From: Terriglobia bacterium
GTDB lineage: Bacteria > Acidobacteriota > Terriglobia > 20CM-2-55-15
NCBI GenBank assembly: GCA_965216035.1
Contig: CBDCFM010000004.1
Coordinates: 2,780 to 66,779, forward strand
Direction of reading: 5' to 3'
DNA length: 64,000 nucleotides
Notes under the pieces: model-generated
The model's database searches: none
What the model saw: only the letters and a program-made list of their open reading frames with translations
What the model was told of the DNA's origin: nothing
In this document: one piece after another, positions 39,892 to 50,700 of the stretch
Layout of the letters: every line of letters begins with the position of its first letter
How positions within the stretch are numbered: position 1 is the first letter of the stretch
Made by a program: the position numbers and the translations under genes

Positions 39892-41428
39892 ATTACCGTG
39901 TTCGATCCTGACTGGAGTGCGCCCCGTGAACTGGAGAGTTATTTCCCTAGGATTAGTACAGGCCGATCAGCGGGTTTCATGTTCACAAGAGCGTCTTCAA
40001 ACTCATTCGGCGGAACGTAGCCGATAGAGGAGTGAAGGCGCTTGAAGTTATAGACTTCCTCGATGAAGAAGGGAAGCCTTTCGATCACGTCGTCGTAGGT
40101 TTCATAGTTCCATAAGTGAACCTCCTCGTATTTGAGAGTCTTGTAGAACGACTCGATGAATGCATTGTCGTAGGGATTGCCCTTGGCAGACATGCTGATC
40201 TGGACCCCGTGTTCACCGAGTAGGTCGACATAGTCGGCCGAAGCGTACTGGCTGCCGCGGTCTGAGTGGTGAATGCAGTCGGGACCAGGCCGCCGAGAGT
40301 CGAGAGCCATGCGAAGAGCGGCGACGCACAGGGCGCTGTCGATCCGCTTGGAGATCGCCCAACCGACGATCCTGCGAGAATACAGATCCAGAATCGCCGC
40401 CAGATAGACGAAGCTGGAGCGAATCCGGATGTAAGTGATGTCGGCGACCCACACTTCGTTGAGTGCACGAACCTTCCGATTCTTGATCAGATTCGGATAG
40501 ATCGGTAGTTGGTGTTTCGAATCGGTGGTCCGTATGAACGCACGCCAAACGATGGGTCCGAGATCGTACTTGCCCATTACGCGGCGAACACGTTTGGCGT
40601 TGACCTGGATGCCACGGCGGTCCAGTTCCCGCACGATGCGACGGTAGCCGTAACCCGGGAATTCAGCATGAATGTCGTCGATCTGGAGACGCAGTTTCTC
40701 ATCCTCGGCTTCACGCCGCTGCCGGTCCGATCGGTCCGGCTTGTAGTAGTAGCTGCTGGGCGCCAAGCCGGTCACTTGGCACGCTTTCGAAACTGATCCA
40801 AGTTGTTCGAGGTGATCGCGGACGTATTGGCGCTTTTCCGCTGTCGAACCCAAACTTGCAGTTTTTTTAGGTGTTCGATTTGCATGACCAGGTCGCCGAT
40901 CTTCGCCTTCAGCTTCTCGTTCTCGGCTTCCAATTGGCGCTCCTGTCGGGACGGCTGGTCTGCCAGAGCGCTGACGTTGCTGCGATACTGTTTTCGCCAC
41001 CGTTCGATCAGGCTTCGCGAAATTTGATACTCGCGTGCGGCCTGGGCCATCGTTACTTGCCCGGTCTCGACCTGTTCGACCATCTGGCGTTTGAATTCGG
41101 GTTCGAACTTTCGACGGATTTTTCCCATTTCGAATATCGGTGTCCTTTGCGACCGGCCCAAAAACGACTCGCGCGAGAGGCTCTCATTCCACTCGTTTCA
41201 GGCCGTCGCTCTATGCCGATAATTCTGTACTAAACTTTTGGGAAAAGTCTCCAGTCGGAAGGGCGCACTCAAGACACGATCATCGACACCGCGACGTTCG
41301 AGCAGGACCTGTCGTTCTCGGAAGGAGTGCATCACGTTCTGGTAAACGGTACGTTCGTGGTGAAGGATAGCCAGACTGTTTCAGGAGCCTATCCCGGTCG
41401 GCCCGTTGTCGGGAGGTACAAGAACTGA
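39892..41428 (+). pseudogene. C-terminal relic of a D-aminoacylase/amidohydrolase split by IS3
   Basis: ITVFDPD | TIIDTATFEQDLSFSEGVHHVLVNGTFVV...YPGRPV; rejoins across a GAC duplication. Confidence 0.7.
39913..41272 (-). mobile_element. IS3 family element (orfA 41128-40772, orfB to 39939)
   Basis: Imperfect ~45 bp TIRs T(G/T)GAGTGCGCCC..., 3 bp GAC duplication, WVADITY, HSDRGSQY, DNAFIESF; A7 slippery run at ~40862-40868. Confidence 0.92.
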
Positions 41429-41705
41429 ACGAACCCGTGCCGGTGCCATGACGCCCTTCCGTTTCGCTGACAAGACCCCTCCAGCCGCCGGAGAACCGCA
41501 CGTGGATCGCGGTCGACATTTCGCTGTTGTCGACGGTCCACTTCTACGGGTACCGGATTTTACGAACATGTGACAACGTCATTGGCCTCAAGTTACTTCG
41601 GCCCTACTATTAGGCGAGATTTCTGTAGTCCGTTTGAACGTACAAAACGATAAGGCAGCAGTCGAGTTTGAACCCGCGAAGATTTGTTGAATTTGACCTA
41701 CGCTA

Positions 41706-42856
41706 GTGTAGTCCGTCACAGTTAATGTAACTTATTCAGCTTTCCTACGTCTGAGTATATATGAGGAGAGCACCGACGATTAAATTGGACATTCCTGTGC
41801 GGAAGGAACTGGAGCGACTGAGCCGAAGCCGCAGTGTGGCGGTCCGGTTGGCGGAACGATCTCGAATTGTCTTGCTGGCCGCCGGGGGTCTGGACAATCA
41901 GGAGATCGCTGCCAAGTTGGACATCACTCGTCAAAAGGCCGGACGTTGGCGCGATCGTTTCGTTGAAGATGGCCTCGGGGGAATCGAAAAGGACGCTTCC
42001 CGCAGTGGACGGATTCCCTCGATCGGCCGCCGGAAGCGGGCCCGGATCGTGAAGAAGACGGTCGAAGGGAAGCCTCCGAACGCCACGCACTGGAGCCGGT
42101 CCTTGATGGCCAGGGCAACCGGCGTCAGCGAGTCCACGGTAGGGAGAATCTGGCGGGCTCATGGCTTGAAGCCTCATCTGGCACGCACCTTCAAACTTTC
42201 CAACGACAAACAATTTGTCGAGAAGTTGGAGGATGTGGTCGGTTTGTATCTGAACCCTCCGGAAAACGCCATTGTTTTGTCCTGCGATGAGAAGAGCCAG
42301 ATGCAGGCCCTGGACCGCACGCAACCCGGGTTACCTCTGAAGAAGGGGCGGTGCGGCACCCTCACCCACGACTACAAACGCAACGGGACGACCACGATGT
42401 TCGCCGCGCTCAATACGCTGGACGGCTCGATTATCGGGACCTGTATGCCGAAGCATCGTCATCAGGAATGGATCCGGTTTCTCAATCAGATCAAACGTTC
42501 CGTGCCGAAAGACAAACAGATCCATATCATTTGCGACAACTACGCCACGCACAAACATCAGAAAGTCGTCAACTGGTTGAAGCGCAACACGCGCTTTCAT
42601 GTGCACTTCACACCGACCAGTGCATCCTGGCTGAACATGGTCGAACGCTTCTTCCGGGATCTTTCCGAACAACGGCTTCGGCGCGGGGTTTTCCATTCGG
42701 TTCCTGAGCTAATCCAGGCCGTGGAGGAATATGTCGGGGGTCACAATCAGAACCCGAAGCCCTTCATTTGGACCGCAACGGCTTCCGATATTCTTGAAAA
42801 AGTTCAACGTGCCCGAAAGAAGCTCGATAAGTTACAGTCTGTTTGACGGGGACCAC
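41706..42856 (+). mobile_element. IS630 family element, copy 2, intact transposase 41761-42846
   Basis: TA duplication at 41704-05 and 42857-58; 361 aa ORF with DDE motifs. Confidence 0.94.
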
Positions 42857-44074
42857 TAGGAGGCTGCGCGACAGAAGGGATCGTAGCGAGAAAGTGGAGT
42901 CTCGAGGCCAGATTTTCTCGATTTTGAGGCGAATAGTCGTTCTATTTAACGAAAAATCGGGGAAATCTGGACCGATTATACCGCTTTCGCAGTAGATCTC
43001 TCTTGCTTATCCGGTTGTTTCAGCAAGCCACCATATGTAGTGTAGGGGTGTGGCACGCCCTCCGTTTCCCAAGAATATGCGCGAGTTCCAACGGCAATTC
43101 GCTACCGAGGAGGCATGTCAAGACTACTTGGCGGTATGTCGCTGGACGAACGGCTTCACATGTCCCCGCTGCGGACACGGGCGGGCGTATCGGATACTGC
43201 GACATCGACGGTGGCAATGCGTTGGGTGCGATACCAGGTTTCGTTGACGGCCGGCACGATTCTCCACAACACAAGGACGCCACTAACGGTCTGGTTCTGG
43301 GCGGCCTATCTGATGGTCACCGATAAACGGGGCATTTCGGCTCTTCTGCTCCAACGACAAATGGGGCTGCGTCGGTACGAGACCGCGTGGATGCTGTTGC
43401 ACAAGCTGAGACGGGCGATGGTTAACGCGACGCGAGAGCCGTTGAATGGCGAGGTGGAGATCGACGACACCTGGATCGGCGGATCCCAATCCGGCCTCCG
43501 GGGCAGTCGTCAGCTCAAGGGGCGAAAGGCCGCCATTGTGCTGGTGGCCGTTGAAAAACGGGGCCGTATCTCGGGTCGTGTCCGGATGGCCGTCGTCCGG
43601 AACTTCAAGAAAAAGACGATGATCGATTTCGTCAAACAAAACATCGCACCGGGATCCACTGTTTACACCGACGGCCTGCAAGGCTTCGAGGGCATTCCGA
43701 AAGCAGGCGTTCGGCACATTCCCCATCTTCAACCTCTCCGGACCGACCTGCGCAAAGGCGTGCCCTCGGTGGTGCCACTTGCGGACCGCGCGATCGGAAA
43801 CCTGAAGCAATGGCTGATCGGTACCTACCATGGGGTCAGTAACCCACAGCTTCACATCTACCTGGATGAGTTCGTGTTTCGGCACAATCGTCGGAGGAGT
43901 CCAATGGCCGCTTTTCAAACATTACTCGGCCTCGGTGCGGGACAGCCTCCAACTCCCTATCGACGGATTCAGGGCGCTCGGGACATCGCGAATGATGTTG
44001 GCTAATCGCAACATGTTGGGGTCTGCTGAAACAACCGGATAAGCAAGAGATCTCTTCTGCCGCGCAGGCTCCTA
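42857..44074. mobile_element. MITE family B interrupted by IS1595
   Basis: TAGGAGGCTGCGCGACAGAAGGGATC...TTCTGCCGCGCAGGCTCCTA; without the IS1595 it matches the reverse complement of 61725-61902. Confidence 0.8.
43002..44047 (+). mobile_element. IS1595 family element, transposase 43050-44005 frameshifted
   Basis: 24 bp TIR CTTGCTTATCCGGTTGTTTCAGCA; 8 bp AGATCTCT duplication; zinc ribbon, VEIDDTW, VYTDG, YLDEFVFR. Confidence 0.92.
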
Positions 44075-44084
44075 TGGAGAAGCG

Positions 44085-45356
44085 ATGGCTATCGAACATC
44101 AAGATATGTGCACGATTGATACTGTCGTAATTGGCGGCGGACAGGCTGGCCTCTGCATGAGCTACGTTTTGCAGGAAGCGGGGCGTGAACATGTTGTGCT
44201 GGAGAAGAAGGTTGTACTTGAGCAGTGGCGCTCGTCACGTTGGGACTCCTTCATGATGAATACGCCTCAAGCCTACTCACGCATTATGGGGCAGGACGAC
44301 GGTCTACCCGATGAGAAGATGAGCATCCCGCTTGCGCAAAGTGTCAAAGCGTGGGACGACTGCGTCAAGCAAAGGCAGTTCCCTGTGCGTGACCACACCG
44401 AGACGGTTTCGGTCAAACAAGACCCAGACGGAAGCCTGCTGGTAAGGGTCAAGAGTGACGGAGAGGGCCCCAACGGGTACTGGGCGAGAAACGTCGTCGC
44501 CGCGCCAGGAAACTATCAGCTCCCCAACATTCCCGCATGCGCAAACAACCTTAGTCCGGAGATTCAACAGCTGCGTGTTGGCACATATACGAATCCCCAA
44601 GGCATCCAGGATGGAGCCATCCTGGTTATTGGTGGTGGCCAAACAGGCATACAGCTGGGTGAAGAACTCGTGCAGGCAGGCCGCAAGGTGTTCATTGCGA
44701 CCTCGAAAGTAAAAGGTAGTGTCCGTAGCTATCGAGGGGAGGACGTTTTCTTCTGGATGGACCGTACCGGCGTGCTCACAATGCCCAAAGAAGCGCTCCC
44801 CGACCCCAACATGAAATACGATCGGATTCCCATAACAGGAAACGACCACCCGATTTCACACCACTCCCTCGCGCGGATGGGCGCTGTCCTCCTCGGGCGA
44901 CTCAAAGACATTTCAGAGGATGGAGCCGTTGTTACTTTCGAAGACAATCTCCAGGAGAATATCGCGTTCGCTCACGAAGGATACGACTTCATTATCAACG
45001 TGTTCGAAGGCTGGATTGCCGAGAACGGAAACGGGGACAAGTTTCCTGCTCCCACCCCGGAACCCGAGTGGGAACCCTATCCCCCTCTTCTGGAAAACCC
45101 TGCACCAACTACGCTGAACCTCAACGAGCACAACATCACGTCGGTGCTGTGGGCGACAGGATGGAGAGCTGATCTCGGTTGGCTGCACATCGACGCCGTC
45201 CGTAAAGAGTTGGGACCACATGGTCGCCCGGAGGCATTCGAAACTGCTGTGCCTGGTTTCTTCTGGTTGGGATTCCACTGGTTGCGCTTCCTCAATTCTG
45301 GTAACGGCACTGGGTTTCACCACGATGCGCCTTACATTGGCGCTATGCTGCGGTAA
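44085..45356 (+). CDS. FAD/NAD(P)-dependent oxidoreductase (flavin monooxygenase, CzcO-like)
   Basis: VVIGGGQAG, RWDSF, LVIGGGQTG, WATGW. Confidence 0.85.
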   Translation: MAIEHQDMCTIDTVVIGGGQAGLCMSYVLQEAGREHVVLEKKVVLEQWRSSRWDSFMMNTPQAYSRIMGQDDGLPDEKMSIPLAQSVKAWDDCVKQRQFPVRDHTETVSVKQDPDGSLLVRVKSDGEGPNGYWARNVVAAPGNYQLPNIPACANNLSPEIQQLRVGTYTNPQGIQDGAILVIGGGQTGIQLGEELVQAGRKVFIATSKVKGSVRSYRGEDVFFWMDRTGVLTMPKEALPDPNMKYDRIPITGNDHPISHHSLARMGAVLLGRLKDISEDGAVVTFEDNLQENIAFAHEGYDFIINVFEGWIAENGNGDKFPAPTPEPEWEPYPPLLENPAPTTLNLNEHNITSVLWATGWRADLGWLHIDAVRKELGPHGRPEAFETAVPGFFWLGFHWLRFLNSGNGTGFHHDAPYIGAMLR

Positions 45357-45440
45357 GTCAGCGCGCATCCAAGTAGCGGATTAATCGAATGTTCATGCGA
45401 GGACCGATTGGACCCAAACACGGGATCATTCCTCACCTAG

Positions 45441-45526
45441 AATGGGGACAGGCACGAGTGTCCCCATTTTTAAACCGTTGACGTCATGGTGGATAGAAAA
45501 AGGGACACTCGTGTCTGTCCCCATTT
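45441..45526. repeat. REP doublet (REPIN-like inverted pair)
   Basis: AATGGGGACAGGCACGAGTGTCCC and inverted copy GGGACACTCGTGTCTGTCCCCATT, one mismatch. Confidence 0.7.
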
Positions 45527-45710
45527 GCGGGCCGCGACGAGAGGGGAAGGGAGCAATCGGGACGCAAGGTATCGGTGAATGGTCGCTGCTTACGGAGTCC
45601 TGCCAATGCGAGCCGAATTTGCGCAAACGAACGGGGTGGCGTTATAACGACTTAGCAATGGCACATCGGACGGATGCGGATCGATAATCCGCCGACCAAG
45701 GATATACATC

Positions 45711-46055
45711 ATGAACGAACTACAGATAACGGCCCGTTTGAAGATTCATCACGGACGACTCGACGATTTTAAGACTGTCGCACAGGCGTGCATGGACAGT
45801 GTTCGCGAAAAAGACTCCGGTACGTTGCAGTACGACTGGTTCTTCAATGAAGATCACACCGAGTGTGTTGTGCGCGAGCGCTACAAAGACTCCGATGCTT
45901 TGCTGCAGCATATTGCCAATCTTGGCGACACGATGGGTGCCCTGATCGGCACAGCAGATTTGTCGTTGGAAGTCTTCGGCAATCCTTCGGAAGCATTGAC
46001 GAATGCTACCAAAGGCATGGACATTACCGTCTACAGTCACTTTCAGAGCATATAG
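45711..46055 (+). CDS. antibiotic biosynthesis monooxygenase (ABM)/quinol monooxygenase-like protein
   Basis: GTLQYDWF...ERYKDSDALLQH. Confidence 0.8.
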   Translation: MNELQITARLKIHHGRLDDFKTVAQACMDSVREKDSGTLQYDWFFNEDHTECVVRERYKDSDALLQHIANLGDTMGALIGTADLSLEVFGNPSEALTNATKGMDITVYSHFQSI

Positions 46056-46149
46056 ACACGCCGCCACGATCTGACGAACAACTGAACCAACCGGCCCTTC
46101 GTGCCACCAGGAGGAAGCATGAGAGTGCTCCGATGTATTGCTGTACTAG

Positions 46150-46721
46150 CCCGCATTTCTCAAGAGATTTGAAATAAGTCGAAACGAGTAAGAAGGGAAA
46201 GGACCGAAAAAGGCCGCCATGTCTGGCATAGAAGGTTTTGACTAGAAACTTTCAAGCCAAGACGGAGGCGGCCTTTGTCATGACAGAGTGTAAAACAGAA
46301 ACGATTCAATATCACGCATTAGGTACACGGGAAGTGCTGGGGCAATTCGACGGGGGAGACAGACATCAGCACGGACGCGGGCGGTTTGCTGCTACGAGAA
46401 ACGGAAAATCGGATCAAAGAGCAACAACTCGGATTGTTCGCCGATCGGACCAGCACGGCCACCATGCGCGCCCATCAACTCCGACTCTACCTTTCATCGG
46501 TGGCGTACATGCTGATGCAGGCCTTGCGACGGCTCGGCTTGCAGGGTACCGAATTCGCGCGGGCGCAGTGCACCACGATTCGCCTGAAGCTGCTCAAGAT
46601 CGCAGCCCAGATCCATGTCACGGTGCGTCGAGTCTGGATTCGGATGGCTGGAGGCTACCCCTACGCTACGGTGTTCGCTCAGATTTACGCGAACCTTCAA
46701 CAAATCCCTCTGCGCTGTTAA
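46150..46721 (+). pseudogene. IS1380 relic with a large internal deletion
   Basis: N-terminal MTEC...FDGG..DAGGLLLRE fused to C-terminal ENRIKEQQLGLFADR...TIRLKLLKI. Confidence 0.85.
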
Positions 46722-47067
46722 GCACTTCTTCTCACACATCCCAACCTTCCCGTCTTTGGTCGGGATAGCTGTCTCTGTAATCCGATTTCACCTCAGCATT
46801 CCCTGCAACACCCGTCATCCAGGCCCACTTTCTCAGCTCAGTCGGCATCTTTGCTCCCGCCAACCAGCTTCCGACGCTGTCGAAGCGATGAAGTCGGGTC
46901 ACCGCGGGGCGTTCTTCACGCTCGAGTACAACGAGACAGACATCCTGAATGCGTTTCGTGCCATCGGAGAAGAGCCAGGCGACTTCGACCTCAAGGGTCA
47001 CCCCAAAACCGGCCAACGAAGGTCACCTCAAAACCGGCCAATGAAGGCGGCCCGGGACCAGGTTGTT

Positions 47068-47823
47068 TTACCGCGACTTGCCGTGATCGGGCAAGCCTGT
47101 TTGGGTACGCCAACTCCGTGGGCCACACTTGAGAATGTGGCCATGATGGAGGAGGCGGTCGAGCATGGCAGTCACGGCGGCACTATCCCCTAATAGCTTC
47201 CCCCAGTCCTCGACCGGACGATTCGAAGTCAGCAGCGTGCTGGTACGTTCGTAACGTCGCATCACGATCTCGAGCAGTTGCTCGGCGGCGGTCGGGGGGA
47301 GCTTACGCATTCCCAGATCATCGATGATCAGCAGGGGCACGGTCGCGAGCGATTCCATGTGTTTCCTGCGGTTACCGTCGATAGTGGCTTCGGCGATGTC
47401 GTCGAGCAGGGCGTGGGTTTCACGATAGAGGACCCGATAGCCCTGCAGGATGGCGGCCAGACCGATCGCCTGGGCCAGATGACTCTTGCCAGTGCCGGGT
47501 GGACCGAGAAACAGCGCATCTTCGTGGCGGGCGATGAAGGTGGCAGTAGCGAGATCGAAGACCAGACCGCGATTCATTTTCTTGTTAAAGGTGAAGTCAA
47601 AGTCCTGGAGTGTCTTCTGGGGATCGCGGAACTGGGCCTGTTTTCTGCGCCGTTCCAGCAGCCGGGTACTGCGGCGAGCCAGTTCGTCCGAGACCAGAGA
47701 GGAGATCAGGTCGATGGGAGCCATGGCTTCGGACTGTGCCTGATGGAGACGGGTTTCCAGGACTTCGGCGATGCCGCCCAGGCGGAGTTGGCGCAGCGCT
47801 TTTTGGAGTTCGATGAGGTTCAT
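47068..47823 (-). CDS. istB: IS21 helper ATPase
   Basis: GPPGTGKSHLA, LIIDDLG, TSN, LDRLLHH. Confidence 0.95.
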   Translation of the reverse strand: MNLIELQKALRQLRLGGIAEVLETRLHQAQSEAMAPIDLISSLVSDELARRSTRLLERRRKQAQFRDPQKTLQDFDFTFNKKMNRGLVFDLATATFIARHEDALFLGPPGTGKSHLAQAIGLAAILQGYRVLYRETHALLDDIAEATIDGNRRKHMESLATVPLLIIDDLGMRKLPPTAAEQLLEIVMRRYERTSTLLTSNRPVEDWGKLLGDSAAVTAMLDRLLHHGHILKCGPRSWRTQTGLPDHGKSR

Positions 47824-49460
47824 TGTTGTTCTTGCTCCTGAATCTTGAGGTTGATGAGATCGCGATACTGGGTCAGTTCGCGAATGAGGGGGTCGACCTG
47901 GCGGAGAGTCAGTGGAGGCCGCCGTTCCAGATAGCGGCGGACGAAACGGTAATCATGGACGTGGAGTTCGAGTGCCGCGGCGGAGGCATCCTCGACGGCG
48001 GAGACACCGTATTTTTTGGCCAGGGAGAACAGGCCCAGGATACGGCGGATGGCCGCCTCACCCTGGCGGAGATGGATGGCTTTGGCCAGTTCGCCGATGT
48101 GATCTCCGGCACGAGCCGCCCGGGCAAGCAATTGAACGGTGGTCACCGGCGTCGTTTTCGGATTGTCCTCGGGACGGACACGGTACCCGCCCCGTTTCTG
48201 GCCGACATGCTCGCGTAGTAGCTGATGGGTCTCTGGATCGAGGATCCGGACGTGGAGCGTATCCCACTGCACTTTGACGGCGCGTCCGATCCAGCCGGGA
48301 GGCAAACTATAATAGGCAGCCTCCACTTCCACGCAACCGTCCAGATGGACGACGCGGTCCCCGTACTGGTAGTAGCGGAACGGTTCCACCGGCAGTGGGA
48401 GCAGTGACGGCTTCTCTTCGGCGAACATGGCGGCGACCTGCCGTTTGGTCGTGCCGTGGATGCGCGTATCAGCCCAGCGGGTTTCCCATCGGTCCAGATG
48501 GGCCTGCGCCTCCTCCAGACTCTCGAAGCGGACTCCCTTCAGAGGGGTTTTCTTGGCGTGTCCGACACCCGACTCGACCTTCCCTTTACGATCGGGATCC
48601 CGAACCCGGCAGGGTAGGGCCACCACGTCGTAGTGAGCCAGAACATCTTTAAACAGCGGATTCAGAGTCGGATCGTAATAATCCGGATCGATCACGCCCT
48701 CGCGAAGGTTGTCCAGGACGATGCATCGGGGACTGCCCCCAAGCCGGCGAAACGCAGTCTCGTGCAGCTCGGCCCAGATTCGGGAACTGGAGCGGAACCG
48801 GAGCAGTCGGACCGATTTACGGCTGTAGCCCAACGTCATCACGAACAGCCGGGTGCGTCGGTACTTGCCCGTCTTCGGATGGCGCACCATCGGCCCATCA
48901 CCGTAATCGACCTGTCCTTCTTCCCCAGGTCCGGTCTGGATGATTCCCACCGCTCCGGGCCGCTGGGATCCACGCAGTTTGCGCACGAAACGCTTCATGG
49001 ACTGATAGCTGCCCGAAAAACCGTGATCCGAAACCAGATCCTGCCAGATGGACATGGCATTGCGGCCACGACTCAAACTCCGTTCGATGATCTCCCGATA
49101 CGGTGCGCAGGCGCTGGCAGAGGGCGGCTCTGGGGTGGCGGGCAGATCCAGCTTGGACAGATCGAGGCTCCCAGAGTCGGTGGTCACCCCGTTGGCCGGT
49201 TTTGAAATGTCCGGCTTGGAGAGCCCCTTTATAGAGGGGTTTGTCGCCTCAAGATCGGTGGTCACCCCATTGGCCGGTTTTGACGGCGCCCGTTTCCCCC
49301 AGCCCCCGGGTGGCCGCACCGCGATCCCGGCCGCTCGCAGGTAGGACCCTGCCGTCTCCCGACGCACACCGGTCGCAGCCTCGATCCGCCGTAGCGGCCA
49401 TCCGAGCCTTCCCAGTGCGATAACTTGTTGTTTCTTTTCTGTGCTCAAGACATTGCTCAT
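47820..49460 (-). CDS. istA: IS21 transposase
   Basis: GEEGQVDYG, VLDN, KGKVE, RIHGTT. Confidence 0.95.
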   Translation of the reverse strand: MSNVLSTEKKQQVIALGRLGWPLRRIEAATGVRRETAGSYLRAAGIAVRPPGGWGKRAPSKPANGVTTDLEATNPSIKGLSKPDISKPANGVTTDSGSLDLSKLDLPATPEPPSASACAPYREIIERSLSRGRNAMSIWQDLVSDHGFSGSYQSMKRFVRKLRGSQRPGAVGIIQTGPGEEGQVDYGDGPMVRHPKTGKYRRTRLFVMTLGYSRKSVRLLRFRSSSRIWAELHETAFRRLGGSPRCIVLDNLREGVIDPDYYDPTLNPLFKDVLAHYDVVALPCRVRDPDRKGKVESGVGHAKKTPLKGVRFESLEEAQAHLDRWETRWADTRIHGTTKRQVAAMFAEEKPSLLPLPVEPFRYYQYGDRVVHLDGCVEVEAAYYSLPPGWIGRAVKVQWDTLHVRILDPETHQLLREHVGQKRGGYRVRPEDNPKTTPVTTVQLLARAARAGDHIGELAKAIHLRQGEAAIRRILGLFSLAKKYGVSAVEDASAAALELHVHDYRFVRRYLERRPPLTLRQVDPLIRELTQYRDLINLKIQEQEQQ

Positions 49461-49972
49461 ACCGGCGGAAGCCTATTCGGCTTACCGCCGTTGTCAATGT
49501 CCCGGGCCTCAGTTCCGTTGGCCGGTTTTCAGGTGACCCTCATTGGCCGCTTTTGGGTGACCCCCGAGGACTTCGAGAACAAATTTGCGTTCGACAACTC
49601 AAACACTATCAGCGCTGAATACATCATCAGGCATCTGGAGACTGCGCCGCGAAGAACCATAGTGGTCGTCGACTACTTGCAGCTTCTTGATCAGAAACGG
49701 GAGAACCCGGAACTTATGTCCCAGGTCCGCGCGCTGAACAGATTCGCGAGCGACCGCGGACTCATCATCGTGTTCATCTCCCAAATCGATCGGTCTTACG
49801 ACTCGTCGGCGAACTCCTGTCCGGGCCTTGAGAACGTCCGGCTACCGAATCCTCTCGATCTCACGCTGTTTACGAAGACATGCTTCCTGAACGACGCAGA
49901 GGTTCAGATCGCGGCGGTAAGCTGAGGGTTCTTCGGGCCGAATCCGACGGTGTTCGTTCCAACCTCCAAGTC

Positions 49973-50060
49973 GCCCGACAAATCGCTCAACTCGGACCGC
50001 CGAATTCGCCGGGCCTTTCAGTCCTGGTTGATCGGCGGCTGGTTAGCTCAGACGTTAGGT
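49973..50060 (+). other. attC-like integron cassette recombination site
   Basis: R'' GCCCGAC, L'' GCTCAAC, inner stem CCGCCGA/TCGGCGG, L' GTTAGC, R' GTTAGGT; R'' departs from the conserved AAC. Confidence 0.6.
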
Positions 50061-50472
50061 GGCGCTGTCCGATTGACGTGTCTGGTGATACGCCCGCAGA
50101 TGATGGGTCGTGCTCACAGGGCCAGCACGTAGAGCAGAGGTCCTTCCTTCTCGATAGGGGTGCAAGTCATGAAGATTACTGTCGGCCTCTCTGTTGTCCG
50201 CTCGCTGCCGTGTTCTTCCTCGTCACAAACGCAAGCTCTCAGGACAAGGTAGGGGTAGACCCCGCCAACCAAGTCCAGACCGCAGATCTGATCGGGGGCT
50301 GGGGGCTGGTAGCTAAACCCAGGACCGATTGGGCAACTCCAAACACTGTGATCATTCCTGACGGGTGGCCAGGGTCGGCCCGCCATCCTGTTGCAATCGT
50401 CGAGCGAGTTAAGTTGGACGGACCCGACATGTTTCTTGATTCGAGTAACTAGAATCAGTAGATTGAGTTGGG

Positions 50473-50700
50473 ATGGGATACAAGGACATCATAACGATCG
50501 AGGCTGGCAAGAGGGGTGGAAAGCCGTGTGTTCGGGGCCTGCGTATCACGGTGTATGACGTATTGGACTACCTCGCATCAGGCATGACTGAAGAGGAGAT
50601 CTTGCGGGACTTTCCCGATCTCGAACCGGGGGACATCCGAGCCTGCCTTGAATTCGCCGCTGACCGAGAGCGCAAGCTCGTGTCGCTTCCGCCCGAGTGA
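50473..50700 (+). CDS. DUF433 antitoxin-like protein
   Basis: GGKPCVRGLRITVYDVL...EEILRDFPDL...IRACLEFAA. Confidence 0.9.
   Translation: MGYKDIITIEAGKRGGKPCVRGLRITVYDVLDYLASGMTEEEILRDFPDLEPGDIRACLEFAADRERKLVSLPPE

Larger units (their letters stand above)
46989..49569 (-). mobile_element. IS21 family element
   Basis: Ends CCTCAAGGGTCACC.../...GGTGACCCCCGAGG with internal repeats; 7 bp ACTTCGA duplication. Confidence 0.93.
46876..49925 (+). pseudogene. DnaB-C-terminal-like helicase/ATPase gene, 5' truncated and split by IS21
   Basis: AFFTLEYNE...GDF | ENKFAFD...VVVDYLQLLDQKRE...FISQIDR...RLPNPLDL. Confidence 0.75.

Noticed and set aside
41381-41400. CAGGAGCCT as a third MITE B end
   Set aside because: Lies within the amidohydrolase relic reading frame and has no partner end
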